Below, piece by piece: positions 38,264 to 49,290 of a stretch of DNA of 64,000 nt. The translations under genes were made by a program, and so were the position numbers. Origin of the DNA: an uncultured Spirochaetota bacterium (GTDB lineage: Bacteria; Spirochaetota; Spirochaetia; SZUA-6; Fen-1364); NCBI GenBank assembly GCA_963820525.1, contig CAWGAA010000001.1, positions 2,976,001 through 3,040,000 on the forward strand. Direction: 5' to 3'. Numbering within the stretch: position 1 is the stretch's first letter; each line of letters begins with the position of its first letter. The notes under the pieces are model-generated. The model searched no databases. It was not told where the DNA came from and saw only the letters and a program-made list of their open reading frames with translations.

Positions 38264-39111
38264 ATGTTCGAGACTAATCAGCCGGGCGCTCAGGCTCAAG
38301 AGACAGGTGTGCGACGCCGCCGCTATTGGTGGCGGGCCTCTCCTCCTCCTTCGGCGCCTATGTCCTGGGCATCGCCATTCTCGTGCTCACGGGCAATCCC
38401 AATCTTTTCCCGACGGTCATCATGCTGGGAAGCTTCATGGTCCCCGTCACCTACGTCGTCTTCTTCTCCGAGCGCCGGGCCATCCACGGGTCCAACATCA
38501 CCGCCACGGCGCTCACCTTCCTGTATGGCGGCATCCTGGGGACTTTTTCCGCGGCGTTGTTGGAGCCGATATTCATCAGCAAGCTGGACTTTCAGACCGC
38601 TTTCATCGTGGGAATCATCGAGGAGTTCACGAAGATCCTGGGCGTCCTGGCGATCGCGCGCCGCAGGCGGCACGATTCGCAGTTGGACGGCCTGATACTC
38701 GGCGCGGCGGCGGGGATGGGTTTCGCGGCTTTCGAGAGCGTCGGCTACGCCTTCAGCGCTTTCCTGAGGAGCTCGGGAAGCTTCTCGATTGCGGTCGCCG
38801 TCACGATGATCCGCGGCATCCTCTCACCCGTAGGGCACGGGCCCTGGACTGCGATCCTGTGCGGCGTACTTTTCCGTGAGAGCCGTTCGAGACGTTTCCG
38901 CATCGATCTGAAGGTCGTCCTCGCGTACGTGACGGTAGTCGTCCTTCACGGATTGTGGGACGGCCTGCCGGGGTTCCTGGCGAGTATCGTGTCAAATGGG
39001 ATTGAGGTCACCATTGCCCAGTTCCTGGTCGGTGCGGCGGGCCTTCTCATCCTCTGGCGGCTCTGGCACGAAGCCGAAAGGCGGCCTGACGATGAGGCCC
39101 TTGCGGAATAA
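38264..39111 (+). pseudogene. PrsW-family intramembrane metalloprotease with a 1-nt frameshift near 38340
   Basis: AGGAGG SD and ATG 38264 start one frame; IIEEFTK, GMGFAAFESVGY, GHGPWTA and LHGLWD motifs lie in the -1 frame. Confidence 0.8.
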
Positions 39112-39243
39112 CAGCAATGGCCATTGAAATGACGCGGGCCCGGCGAGCGACGGAAAGAAAGGCCGCATTTCACCCGGTCCCGGGAATTCCGTATACTTAC
39201 CCTGTCCCATGCGTGGACGTGAAAACGTCAACAGGGAGGGAAA

Positions 39244-41190
39244 ATGTTGGTAAAAGATCCTAACAGGTCCCGACTGCCGTCACCGCTCAACCGGGGGCAG
39301 CTGCACTTCTCGCTCTGGTGGGTGGCCGGCTCCCTCCTCCTGCTCCTGGCCCTGAACTTCCTCTTGATCCCCAAGCCCTCCATCACGATGGTCGATTTCA
39401 GCGCTTTCAAGAAGCTGGTCGTGGACGGTTCGATCAAGCGCGTGGAAATGACTCCAAGCGCCTATTACGGATTCACCCTCACCAAGGAGCAGGAGGATGC
39501 TCTGCGGCAACAAGCGCAGCAGGGTAAGAGCCCCCAGGGGGGCGCGGCTCCCGCGAAGGAGTACCAGACCGCCCCCGTGCAGGACGCCGGGTTCGTGGCG
39601 CTGCTGGATTCCCGGGGGATCGAATACTACGCCGTCCTGCCGCAAAACCATCCTCTGCTCAGCCTCCTGGTGAGCTGGATCCTTCCGCTGGGCGCCATGT
39701 TCCTGATCTGGCGGCTCTTGTTCCGGCGCATGGGCGGCATGGGACGCGGCGTGATGAGCTTCGGGCAGAACAAGTCCGTCCTGGTGGCCGAGGGGAATAC
39801 GGGGGTCCGATTCGACGACGTGGCGGGAGCCGAGGAAGCGAAGACGGAGCTCGTCGAGGTCATCGACTTCCTCAAGCATCCCGCCCGCTACACCGCGATC
39901 GGCGGGAGAATCCCCAAGGGGGTGCTGCTTGTCGGGGCGCCGGGGACGGGCAAGACTCTCATGGCGCGGGCCGTGGCCGGGGAGGCGGGCGTGGCCTTTT
40001 TCAAGATCAGCGGCTCGGAGTTCGTGGAGATGTTCGTGGGCGTGGGCGCGGCGCGTGTGCGCGACCTGTTCCAGCAAGCCAGGGCCAAAGCCCCCTGCAT
40101 CATCTTCATCGACGAGCTGGATGCCATCGGCAAGAGCCGGGCGCAGGCTCTTTCCAGCAACGACGAACGGGAGCAGACGCTGAACCAGCTCCTGGTGGAA
40201 ATGGACGGGTTCGATTCGCGCACCGGGGTCATTATCCTCGCGGCCACGAACCGGCCGGAGGTCCTGGACCCGGCCCTGCTGCGTCCCGGACGGTTCGACC
40301 GGCAGGTCCTCATAGACAAGCCTGACCTGAACGGCCGTGAGGCGATCCTTCGCATTCACAGCCGGGAGGTGCGGCTGGACGATTCGGTGAACCTCAGGGA
40401 CGTTGCCCGCAGGACCCCGGGGTTCGTGGGGGCGGACCTCGCCAACCTGGTGAATGAGGCGGCGCTCCTCGCCGTCAGGGCGGGCAGAGCAAAGGTGACG
40501 CAGCCGGACTTCGATTCGGCCTTCGAGAAGCTGGTCGCGGGCCTGGAGAAGAAGAACCGGTTGATCAACCCGAAGGAGCGGAAGATCGTCGCCTACCACG
40601 AGACCGGCCACGCCCTGGTTGCCCACATGACTCCGGGGGCGGACCCGGTGGAGAAGATCTCCATAGTGCCCCGCGGCATCGGCGCCCTGGGTTACACCAT
40701 GCAGCTCCCCACTGAGGACCGTTTCCTGATGACGGAAGGCGAGCTCTACGGACGGATCGACGTTCTGCTCGGGGGACGGGCGGCGGAGCAGCTCGTCTTC
40801 CAAGAAGTCTCCACGGGGGCCTCGAACGACCTGGACAAAGCGGGAGAGATAGCCCGGCGGATGATCACCGACTTCGGGATGAGCGAGAAGTTTCGCAACA
40901 CCTTCCTGCCCGCGAGGAGGCAGGGCCAGCTTCTCGGAGATTCCAACGCTATGATACTGCGCGAATATTCGGAGGCCACCCAACAATACGTTGATGAGGA
41001 ATCCGCCAGGATCATAAACGGCAGGTACGACAAGGTGGCCGAGCTGCTCCGCCGTCATGAAGGCCTCCTCCACGAGATAGCCGACAGGCTTCTGGAGGTC
41101 GAGGTATTGGAAAAGACGCAGTTCGAGGCCATGATACAGGGGTTTTCAAACGGAAAGGCGGCGCTTGCCGGCACCGCGCAGGCGACGTAG
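39244..41190 (+). CDS. ftsH: ATP-dependent zinc metalloprotease FtsH
   Basis: Two TMs, [30 protein letters not shown] and STGASND motifs. Confidence 0.97.
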   Translation: MLVKDPNRSRLPSPLNRGQLHFSLWWVAGSLLLLLALNFLLIPKPSITMVDFSAFKKLVVDGSIKRVEMTPSAYYGFTLTKEQEDALRQQAQQGKSPQGGAAPAKEYQTAPVQDAGFVALLDSRGIEYYAVLPQNHPLLSLLVSWILPLGAMFLIWRLLFRRMGGMGRGVMSFGQNKSVLVAEGNTGVRFDDVAGAEEAKTELVEVIDFLKHPARYTAIGGRIPKGVLLVGAPGTGKTLMARAVAGEAGVAFFKISGSEFVEMFVGVGAARVRDLFQQARAKAPCIIFIDELDAIGKSRAQALSSNDEREQTLNQLLVEMDGFDSRTGVIILAATNRPEVLDPALLRPGRFDRQVLIDKPDLNGREAILRIHSREVRLDDSVNLRDVARRTPGFVGADLANLVNEAALLAVRAGRAKVTQPDFDSAFEKLVAGLEKKNRLINPKERKIVAYHETGHALVAHMTPGADPVEKISIVPRGIGALGYTMQLPTEDRFLMTEGELYGRIDVLLGGRAAEQLVFQEVSTGASNDLDKAGEIARRMITDFGMSEKFRNTFLPARRQGQLLGDSNAMILREYSEATQQYVDEESARIINGRYDKVAELLRRHEGLLHEIADRLLEVEVLEKTQFEAMIQGFSNGKAALAGTAQAT

Positions 41191-41208
41191 AGCGAACCGC
41201 GGTTGACC

Positions 41209-42069
41209 CTACGCCGTTTGGGCGGGCTTCCTGTCCGCGCGAACCCGTTTCCAGGATAGAACGAAGGCGGGAAAGGCGATTCCGGCCATGAAAAGCCCGA
41301 TGAGAGCGTAGCCTGCAGCGAAGGGAAGAAAACGGTCCCAGCCCAACAACGTCAAAGCGCCGAAAGCGGCGAAAAGCAGGCCTCCGAAGAACAGAGTCCT
41401 GCCTCCCGTTTGCGCTCCGATACGCCTGATCTCCTGCTCCGTCAAGGAGCGCGTCAAGCGCAGGGACGCCCCGAAAAGGGCTCCGACGATCACGAGCATG
41501 ATCATCGTGCCCAGACCGAAAAGCAGACCGGGCAGGAAGCCGAGCCACGGGCTTCTCATGGCGGGAGCGGCGACCGTGTTGATAAAAAGGGAAAATCCGC
41601 CGAAACCGAAGCCGGCGATGAAGCCGTGCACGAGTGTCCATCCCGCCGGCGGCGGCGAGCTTCCCCGCACGGCGGGCTCTCTGTGGGTCCGGCCGAGGAC
41701 CGAGAGCGCAGTCCCCATATCTCGTGCTTCCTCGTGGTGGTGCCCCAGGACGTGGAGATGGATGTAGAGGTTGCGCCGCAGCACGATGTAGCCGGCGATC
41801 CACATGAAGAGTCCCACAACAGAGTAGACGATACCGTTGACGGAGGGCGTGAGCAGGAAACGGCCGAGCGCGAGGTTGGAGGCTTCGGAGAGCAGCGCGC
41901 GCTGGAGGGTGAACGCCGCTGAAAAATATAGGCCGGCTTTCATCCCCGCTTTCCCGCCGGCACCGCCGATCGCATAGCTGAAGGTGATAGGCCACGTGTG
42001 CTCATCGGGCAGGATCCCGTGCAACAGGCCGAAGAAGAACGAGTAGAGAAGGGCAACGAGCGGGGTCAC
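41209..42069 (-). CDS. Putative Ni/Co transporter-like membrane protein (NiCoT/UreH/DsbD_2 superfamily)
   Basis: GLLHGILPDEHTWP resembles the H-x4-DH Ni-transporter signature; His-rich loop HLHVLGHHHEE; HGFIAG and FGLGTM motifs. Confidence 0.7.
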   Translation of the reverse strand: MTPLVALLYSFFFGLLHGILPDEHTWPITFSYAIGGAGGKAGMKAGLYFSAAFTLQRALLSEASNLALGRFLLTPSVNGIVYSVVGLFMWIAGYIVLRRNLYIHLHVLGHHHEEARDMGTALSVLGRTHREPAVRGSSPPPAGWTLVHGFIAGFGFGGFSLFINTVAAPAMRSPWLGFLPGLLFGLGTMIMLVIVGALFGASLRLTRSLTEQEIRRIGAQTGGRTLFFGGLLFAAFGALTLLGWDRFLPFAAGYALIGLFMAGIAFPAFVLSWKRVRADRKPAQTA

Positions 42070-42120
42070 TGTAATATCTTCATTGAGATAATGTACGGAT
42101 AGTCCGCACTCCCCAGCAAG

Positions 42121-42457
42121 ACGTTGCATCTCCCCGGCACTTTCGAGGCCACCATCCTCATCGGCACGCAAGCGACGTCGACCTGGATGCCCGACTACAA
42201 GGAGGGCTACAGGATGGAGACGCCGGAAGGTCTTCTGGAGGTGAAGAAAATCAACGGCTTCCTCGTGTTCTTCCATGTTCGAGAATGAGGGCGGGTCCGG
42301 CGGAATCGTCGTGCTGCTGCAGGATACGGCAAGCAAGCCCGACACCGGGGCCGTGCTGGCGATCAGCTTCGAAGGCTTCGCCAGGGAGGAGGCCTTGAAG
42401 ATGGCGCAGCGCTTCAACTGGGCAAAGATGAAGGAACAGGTTGCCAGGCGGAAGTAG
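42121..42457 (+). pseudogene. 3' remnant of an unknown gene with a frameshift
   Basis: Coding-like run FEATILIGTQATSTWMPDYKEGYRMETPEGLLEVKKINGFLVF continues in the +1 frame as MFENEGGSGGIVVLLQD...RRK*; no clear start. Confidence 0.45.
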
Positions 42458-42597
42458 CCGGCGCGTGACGGCCGCCGGCGGTGGAAGGAAAAAAGTCTCG
42501 AGATCCTTAATTTCCTTGACTATTTAATACCTCAATATTATTCATCGAAAAGAAAGCCTTGTTCGGGGGCATTCATTCCCCGTGCAGCGCGCGAGGC

Positions 42598-43065
42598 ATG
42601 AAGATGAGAGAAGAAGCCGGCGACTATGGGGATTTTTTCAACGCGCAAAACGAGCTCGAGGCGCTTTTTGCCCGCACTCTGGAGGGCATGCTGAAAGCGG
42701 AAGGCATTACAGTGCCTCAGGCCTTCGCGCTCAAGACGCTCAAGGAGCAGGGCGTGGCGTGCAAAATGTCGGACCTCGCCGCCATGAGACTCCAATCTCC
42801 CGCGTCGATGACGGGAATAGTCGACAGGCTGATCCATCTCGAGCTGGTGGCGCGCAAGTCGGACGCTCACGACAGGAGGGTTATCCTGCTGACGCTCACC
42901 GCAAAGGGCGAGGCCACTCTCTCTCGGGCGGAGCTCAAGGTTCAGACCATGATGAAGCGTTTTTTCGAAGGAATCCCCGCGGCTGACCGCGCTACGGTGA
43001 TGCGAATGTTCGAAAAGCTCAAAGAGTATCTGAAGGAAGAATTGATCTCCCATAAGAGGAATTGA
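42598..43065 (+). CDS. MarR-family regulator
   Basis: MSDLA, SMTGIVDRL...LVAR and DRRVILLTLTAKG motifs. Confidence 0.92.
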   Translation: MKMREEAGDYGDFFNAQNELEALFARTLEGMLKAEGITVPQAFALKTLKEQGVACKMSDLAAMRLQSPASMTGIVDRLIHLELVARKSDAHDRRVILLTLTAKGEATLSRAELKVQTMMKRFFEGIPAADRATVMRMFEKLKEYLKEELISHKRN

Positions 43066-43066
43066 T

Positions 43067-44509
43067 ATGAAGCCGGCCATCTTGCTATTCGCAACTCTTG
43101 TCTCCATTGTCACCGCTTTTGGGCAGGAGCCCACCGCCACTCTCACACTCGCTCAAGCCGTCGATGCGGCGCTTTCCCAGGGGGCCGACAGCAGGATCCT
43201 GCAGCGAAACCTCGATGTCGCAAGGGAGCAATACCGTCTGAGCGTCTCGCAGAACTCCTTTGCCTTGTCCGGGTCTCTGGGAGAAAGCGGGACCTACGGC
43301 TTTGGCGATGAAACACTGCTATCCGGAAGCTCCCTCGCATCGGGTTTCAACCAGACCCCTCAGGCGGGACTTTCCCTCAACGCGCCCCTGACCAGCATCG
43401 GGGTCAACGTCTCTCCCTACGTGGCTGCCAGCCCCTTGGCCACAGAGTTTTCCAATTTGTTGTCGATCTTATCGCCCGGCCCACCTCCCGCTGCGCCGGG
43501 ACCGATGGGCAATGTCGGCATCAGCGTGAGTCAAACGCTGTGGAACGGCTACCCCGGCGGACCCATCAGGGCGGCGGTTGAGAAGAGCCAGCTCGCGCTC
43601 CGCGGCAGGGAGCTTTCTGTCGAGTCTGGAAAGCTCAACGTCATCTCCGCGGTGACGCAGGCATATTTCGTCATGCTCGGCGCCCAAAGGAATCTGATTG
43701 TCAAGAAACAGATCCTCGAGCAGCAGAACACCCTGCTCTCGCAGATCAGCGCGCTCCAGAGAATAAATCAGGCTACCGCGGTCGACCTGCGCGGCGCCCA
43801 GATCAACGCTCAGAGCGCCGATATAGATGCGCGGAGCGCGGAGAACGACCTTCACATTGCGCGCATCAGGCTGGCGCAGCTCATTGGCTGGCCTCGCGAC
43901 AGGGAGTTCTCCATCACTGAGGAAGAAGACCCGCAGATCCTGGCTGCGAGCGTTGGGGAAGCGGTGGCAGAGGCGATGAAACGAAGGACCGAATTCCTCC
44001 AGATCGAGCTGAACCGGCAGTCTTTAATGATAGATCGAGCCATGATCGAGGGACAGAGGACCCCGACGATCAGCGTGAATGGCGGAGTCACCGTCATCGT
44101 GGACTGGAATAAACTCAATTCGGCGGGGCAGGGCAGCCTGGGCGTCAAGCTCGGGATGCCGATTCTCGACGCCGGAGCCGCGGACCACCAGCTCGAAGCC
44201 AATCGAATCCAGAACGAGGCGTACGGCGTTCAGGAAGACCAGCTTCGCGCGAGCATCGCAACGGACGTCGAAGAAGCGTATGAGCTCGTGCAGATCAGTC
44301 TGCAGAGACTGCAGGTCGCGAGACTCACGGCGGAGAAATACGAGCTCACTTTCAAGCTCAAGAAGACCGAGGCGCAGTACGGCGCAGCGACCACCCAGGA
44401 TCTTTTAAATGCATCGGTGGATACCGCGAACGCGCAATCGGCGGTCGTGCGCGCCCAAAGGGATGCCCAGCTCGCGGTCCTTCAACTGCGCAATGCAATG
44501 GGGTATTAG
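43067..44509 (+). CDS. TolC-family outer membrane efflux protein
   Basis: Signal peptide, LTLAQAVDAAL, VTQAYF, long helical repeats; located in an RND operon. Confidence 0.88.
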   Translation: MKPAILLFATLVSIVTAFGQEPTATLTLAQAVDAALSQGADSRILQRNLDVAREQYRLSVSQNSFALSGSLGESGTYGFGDETLLSGSSLASGFNQTPQAGLSLNAPLTSIGVNVSPYVAASPLATEFSNLLSILSPGPPPAAPGPMGNVGISVSQTLWNGYPGGPIRAAVEKSQLALRGRELSVESGKLNVISAVTQAYFVMLGAQRNLIVKKQILEQQNTLLSQISALQRINQATAVDLRGAQINAQSADIDARSAENDLHIARIRLAQLIGWPRDREFSITEEEDPQILAASVGEAVAEAMKRRTEFLQIELNRQSLMIDRAMIEGQRTPTISVNGGVTVIVDWNKLNSAGQGSLGVKLGMPILDAGAADHQLEANRIQNEAYGVQEDQLRASIATDVEEAYELVQISLQRLQVARLTAEKYELTFKLKKTEAQYGAATTQDLLNASVDTANAQSAVVRAQRDAQLAVLQLRNAMGY

Positions 44510-44520
44510 GAGACGAGGAT

Positions 44521-45786
44521 ATGAGAGGTATATCGAGAGTGTTTCGCGGAGGAGCGATTGCAGCCGCGCTGGCGCTCCTCATGGTGGGCTGCGCGCCAAG
44601 ACAGAAAGCGGCGGACCCGTCGGCAGGGACGTCCGCTCAAAGCAAGGGCCCGGACCTTGCCGAGATTTCCGTGCAGGCGGTATCGGTGAATGCCGGCGGC
44701 CTAGTCGTCGAACACCAGACCTCGGGCACCGTGAAGCCCGTCATGCAGAGTCAGGTCGCGGGCCAGGTGGGCGGCGTGGTCTTGAGCGTTCTCGCCAAGG
44801 CCGGCGACTGGGTGGACAAGGATGAAGCGGTCATTCAACTCGATGACAGCCAGATGAAGCTTTCCGTGAAGACGGCCCAGGCGGCCCTGGAAACCGCCCG
44901 TATCAATTTGTCCACGGGACAGGACACAACCCAGCAGGCCAACCCCCGGCTGGAGCTTCAACTGCGCTCAGCCGAGTCCGCCCGTTCCGTCGCGCAGAGC
45001 AACTATGATGCCAGGAAGGCTTTGTTCGACCTCGGAGGAGCGACCAGCACGGACGTTGACAAGGCCAAAGGAGACCTGGAGATGGCGCAGGCGAATCTCG
45101 AGGCTGCAAAGACCGCCCTCGACCAGAATCAGAAATCAGACGTTCAAAACATCGCCCAGCTGAAGCTCGCCGTGGAGCAGGCGGACTTCGCGCTCCAGCA
45201 GGCACAACTGAATCTCCAGCATGCGTCGATCAGGGCGCCTTACGCGGGACGGCTGGTTGCCGTCAACGTGATGCCGGGCGAGTTTGTCGGCCAGAACGCG
45301 CCCGCTTTCATCATTGCAAGCCAGGAGCGCGAGGTGGATTTCGCGGTGCCCCCCGCGGACGCGGCAAGCCTTCCCCTTGGCGCTCCTGTGCGCTTCGCTC
45401 TGGGGGGAAAGAGCTATGCCCTTCGCGTGAGCCAGTCGCCGGACGTTCCTCTCGGAGGAGTGGTCGCCCTCGTTGCGGCCGTGCCGGGCTCCCTCCTGCT
45501 CTCCTTCGGAGCGATCGGCACGGTAAGCTACTCCCTGACTTTGGCGCGCGGGATCCTCCTCCCGACAGGCGCCCTTCAGACCAATGAGAATCAGAACTTC
45601 GTATTCGTGGTTGAAGGCGGGAAGGCTCTCGTTCGCAGCATCACGCTCCTCGCCGAAAGCGGGAGCGCGGCCGCGGTGACGGGAGTGAATGCCGGGAGCA
45701 TGGTGGTGGTGAACCCGCCCCCCGGGCTTCTGGACGGATCCGCCGTGAAAGTGCTGCCCCTTGCCGCCCCGGGAGGAAACAAGTGA
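44521..45786 (+). CDS. RND efflux periplasmic adaptor (lipoprotein)
   Basis: Lipobox MVGC, lipoyl halves (VAGQVGGVV...GDWV and IRAPYAG), long coiled coil. Confidence 0.9.
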   Translation: MRGISRVFRGGAIAAALALLMVGCAPRQKAADPSAGTSAQSKGPDLAEISVQAVSVNAGGLVVEHQTSGTVKPVMQSQVAGQVGGVVLSVLAKAGDWVDKDEAVIQLDDSQMKLSVKTAQAALETARINLSTGQDTTQQANPRLELQLRSAESARSVAQSNYDARKALFDLGGATSTDVDKAKGDLEMAQANLEAAKTALDQNQKSDVQNIAQLKLAVEQADFALQQAQLNLQHASIRAPYAGRLVAVNVMPGEFVGQNAPAFIIASQEREVDFAVPPADAASLPLGAPVRFALGGKSYALRVSQSPDVPLGGVVALVAAVPGSLLLSFGAIGTVSYSLTLARGILLPTGALQTNENQNFVFVVEGGKALVRSITLLAESGSAAAVTGVNAGSMVVVNPPPGLLDGSAVKVLPLAAPGGNK

Positions 45787-48700
45787 AGACGACGCGAGAC
45801 CTCCAGACGCGGATTTTCAACAGGATCAACCCCGCGGTCAATTTCTCGGTGACGCGCTACGTGTTCGCCATAGGCGTGTTCGTGGCCATCTTCGCGTTCG
45901 GGCTCATTTCGCTCATCAACCTCGGGGTGGACCTGTTTCCCTCCATCAACTTTCCCTTTGTCGTGGTCACCACGGCCTACCCCGGAGCCTCCCCCAGCGT
46001 GGTGGATCAGCAGGTTACACAGGTGATCGAGAACGCCGTCTCCACTTTGAGCGGGATCACGGACCTCAACTCCGCGAGCTCAACGGGGGCAAGCCAGGTC
46101 ATCATCAGCTTCGAGCAATCCACGGACCAGGCGAGCGATGCAAACCAGGTCGCCTCCCTCGTCTCGGCGGCTTCCCGCAGGCTCCCCCAGGGCGTCAACT
46201 CGCCCATTGTGCAGACGTTCAACCCCTCGTCCCAGCCGATCCTCCAGTTCGGAATCTCGGGAGGGGGGGCCAGCCTCGGGGAGGTGAACACATACGTCAC
46301 CAACGAGCTCACGCCGCTCCTGGAGCGGGTTTCCGGGGTGGCCAACATCCAGGTGGACGGAGGGCCGTCGCGCCAGTTCCAGGTCCTCCTGAACCCGGAC
46401 CGTCTCGCCTCCTACGCTCTCACCCCCCAACAGGTCGTCGGCGCAATCGCGGGATCCGCAATCAACCAGCCGATCGGAACGATCAACAGCCACGACAATG
46501 CCCTCACCTTCGCAACGCAGAACGTCCCCGAGAACACCGAGAACGTCGCCAACACCCTTGTGGATCCCGTCAAGGGGATCCGGGTGGGCGACATTGCCGT
46601 CGTTCGGGACATCCCCATATCGACCAACTATGCGAGGGTGAATGGGAGGCCGGTGGTGCTGGTCTCCATCCAGCAGACCACGACCTCCAATGCGGTTGCC
46701 GTTGTCAGAAACGTGCGCGCGCTTCTCCGCGACACGAAGCTGCCGCAGGGATACGAAATCGGCTTCAGCAACGATACCACCGCCCCGATCCAGGCGTCGC
46801 TCAATTCGACCTACCGCGAAATCATCATCACGGCGATCGTCGTCGCCCTGATCGTCCTTCTCTTTCTGGGCAAGCTCAACACGGCCTTCTCGGTGATCCT
46901 TGCCGTGCCCATCGCTCTTTCGGCTGCGCCGGTCCTCTACAATCTCACCGGCTTCACCCTGAATCTCGTGTCGATGCTCGCCATGATCGTGGCCATCGGC
47001 ATCGTGGTCGACGACTCCATCGTCGTTGCCGAAAACGTCGAGCGCTACCGCGCAATGGGCTTCAGCCAGAGGGAATCCGTGCTCAAGGGGGCAAGCGAGA
47101 TATTCAGCGCAGTTGTGGCCGCAACCCTTTCGCTTCTCTCCGTCCTCATTCCCGTGAGCTTCATCGGCGGCATCATCGGAGATTTCCTGCGGCAGTTCGC
47201 CCTCGGGCTCTCAGCCGCGGTCGCCTTCTCGCTCCTGGAAGCGATCCTCTTTCTCACGGTTCGCCTCGCCTACACCCCGGAGTCCAACCGGACGCTTGAT
47301 TGGCGCGACCTTGCCCAGAGCTTCGGGAAGTTGGGAGAGTCCATGCGCTGGGGCCTGACGGCCTGGAGAAAGGCGGGGGGCATCGTGGTTGGGGCTTTCG
47401 TCATCATCGCCCTTGTCGCGACACGGCATTTCATTTTCCTGCCGGCGATGCTGCTCTACCCCTTCCTCCTGGGCATCCTTCGCTACGTGGGGCTGCTGCT
47501 CTTGAGATTCTTCCAGGCCCTGACCACAACCCTTCACGGCTGGACGGAAGCCGGCCTCGAATGGGTGCGGGAAGGCTACGCGAAATCTCTTGTCGGCCTC
47601 CTGGAGCGCAGCGCCATCGTCCTTATCGCCACGGCGGGCGTGCTCGCCGTCATCGTCGTTCTCGTCCTGCCGAGGATCACCTTCAGCTTCGCGCCCCGAA
47701 GCGACAACGGAACAATCACGGTGAACGTCAGCATGCACAATGGTGCAACTCTGGCCGCGACAAACGCAACGACGGGCGCGCTGGAGAGGTTTCTCCTGCG
47801 GCAGCCCGCCGTGAGAACCGTCCAGACGATCGTGGGGAGCGTCGGTATTTTCACCGTAGGCGTGAACCGGCCCGAGAACACGACCATGGTCGTCCAGCTC
47901 GTTGCGCTTGCGCAGAGAGCGGGGGTCTATGACCTGATGGAGAGATACCAGAAGGAGATGGGAGATCTTCTGCTCCGCGATGATCCATCGGCAACCCTCA
48001 GCCTGAGTGCGGGCGGGGGCCCTCCGGGATCGAACTCGACCATCAGCATGAGCCTTCTTTCTTCGGACCAGGGCCTGCTGCAGGCGAGAAGCGCGAAAAT
48101 CCTCCAGGCCGTGAAGAACCATGCCTTCGTCACCGGGGCGACCTCCAGCCTCTCCAACGTCACCATTGAGCGGGACTTCACCCCGGACGAGTCGCAAATG
48201 GAAGGCACCGGAATAACCCCCGGCACGGTGGCAAGCCTGCTTCAGACTTACACCTCCGGAACCCGCGCAGGAGATGTCCAGATAAGCGGACAGAGCTATC
48301 CCATCGTCGTCCAGGCAGATCCCACGTACCTGGAGGGAGGGCAGTCCCTCCTGAACCTTCCCATCTATTCCGCTGCCCGGCAGTCGAGGCTGCAGGTCGG
48401 CCAGCTGGGAAGCCTCGTCGTGCGGCAGTCCCCCATCAGCATCCTGCGCTACAACCGTCTCTATACGGCGACGCTCTCGATCAACCTGGCTAAAAACGCG
48501 CCGCCCGCCCTCACCTTCCAGAACACGCTCACCGGTGAGCTAACGCGGCAGGGCCTCCTGGACAGCAGGGTAACGATCGGCTCCGGCGGCGTTTTCGGCG
48601 CGAGCACCCTGGCGCGGCAGGTTTCAACATCGGGCACCACCGCGTTCCTGCTTGCCCTCCTGCTCACATACCTGGTGATGGCGGCGCAGTTCAACTCCTG

Positions 48701-49166
48701 GCGCTACCCCATCTATCTGCTCCTGCCGGTCCCCCTGGCCATCGTGGGGGCCCTGCTCTTCGTTGTGCTCCTGGGAGGCGGGCTCGATACCTTCGGGCTC
48801 CTGGGAATGCTCCTGCTCATCGGCCTCTCGGCGAAGAACGCGATCCTGTACCTCGACTTCGTCGTCGAACGTCTGGGCAAGATGCCGCTCAAGGAGGCGC
48901 TCATCGAATCGGCGCGGCTGCGCTTCCGCCCCATCATCATGACCACCCTGACGGTCCTCGTGATTGCAGGCCCGCTGGTGTTCGGCCACGGCCAGGGCTC
49001 CGAGTTCGGCCAGAGGCTCGGCGTGGTCATGTTCGGAGGAATACTCTCTTCGGCCATCCTCACCTTCTTCGTCGTTCCCGCCGCGTTCTTCCTCTTCGAG
49101 CGCAGGCGCGCGGAAAAGCCGGTGGAGCGCGAAGCTGCCGAGGATCGGCAGGCCGTCGAGGCGTGA
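45783..49166 (+). CDS. RND efflux permease (AcrB/HAE1 family)
   Basis: VDLFP.I.FP, YPGASP, AIGIVVDDSIVVAENVER, KNAILYLDF and RFRPIIMT motifs. Confidence 0.95.
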   Translation: MKTTRDLQTRIFNRINPAVNFSVTRYVFAIGVFVAIFAFGLISLINLGVDLFPSINFPFVVVTTAYPGASPSVVDQQVTQVIENAVSTLSGITDLNSASSTGASQVIISFEQSTDQASDANQVASLVSAASRRLPQGVNSPIVQTFNPSSQPILQFGISGGGASLGEVNTYVTNELTPLLERVSGVANIQVDGGPSRQFQVLLNPDRLASYALTPQQVVGAIAGSAINQPIGTINSHDNALTFATQNVPENTENVANTLVDPVKGIRVGDIAVVRDIPISTNYARVNGRPVVLVSIQQTTTSNAVAVVRNVRALLRDTKLPQGYEIGFSNDTTAPIQASLNSTYREIIITAIVVALIVLLFLGKLNTAFSVILAVPIALSAAPVLYNLTGFTLNLVSMLAMIVAIGIVVDDSIVVAENVERYRAMGFSQRESVLKGASEIFSAVVAATLSLLSVLIPVSFIGGIIGDFLRQFALGLSAAVAFSLLEAILFLTVRLAYTPESNRTLDWRDLAQSFGKLGESMRWGLTAWRKAGGIVVGAFVIIALVATRHFIFLPAMLLYPFLLGILRYVGLLLLRFFQALTTTLHGWTEAGLEWVREGYAKSLVGLLERSAIVLIATAGVLAVIVVLVLPRITFSFAPRSDNGTITVNVSMHNGATLAATNATTGALERFLLRQPAVRTVQTIVGSVGIFTVGVNRPENTTMVVQLVALAQRAGVYDLMERYQKEMGDLLLRDDPSATLSLSAGGGPPGSNSTISMSLLSSDQGLLQARSAKILQAVKNHAFVTGATSSLSNVTIERDFTPDESQMEGTGITPGTVASLLQTYTSGTRAGDVQISGQSYPIVVQADPTYLEGGQSLLNLPIYSAARQSRLQVGQLGSLVVRQSPISILRYNRLYTATLSINLAKNAPPALTFQNTLTGELTRQGLLDSRVTIGSGGVFGASTLARQVSTSGTTAFLLALLLTYLVMAAQFNSWRYPIYLLLPVPLAIVGALLFVVLLGGGLDTFGLLGMLLLIGLSAKNAILYLDFVVERLGKMPLKEALIESARLRFRPIIMTTLTVLVIAGPLVFGHGQGSEFGQRLGVVMFGGILSSAILTFFVVPAAFFLFERRRAEKPVEREAAEDRQAVEA

Positions 49167-49290
49167 GGTGGAGCCGGAGATGTCGGGGGTTGGGCCGCGA
49201 TCGATGTCGCGACGGCCGCACGGGCCCGGAAGCGTGAGGCGCGACGAAGCTCTGAACCCCGCCGCGCGCGGCCTAAGCCCCAGCGACTGA

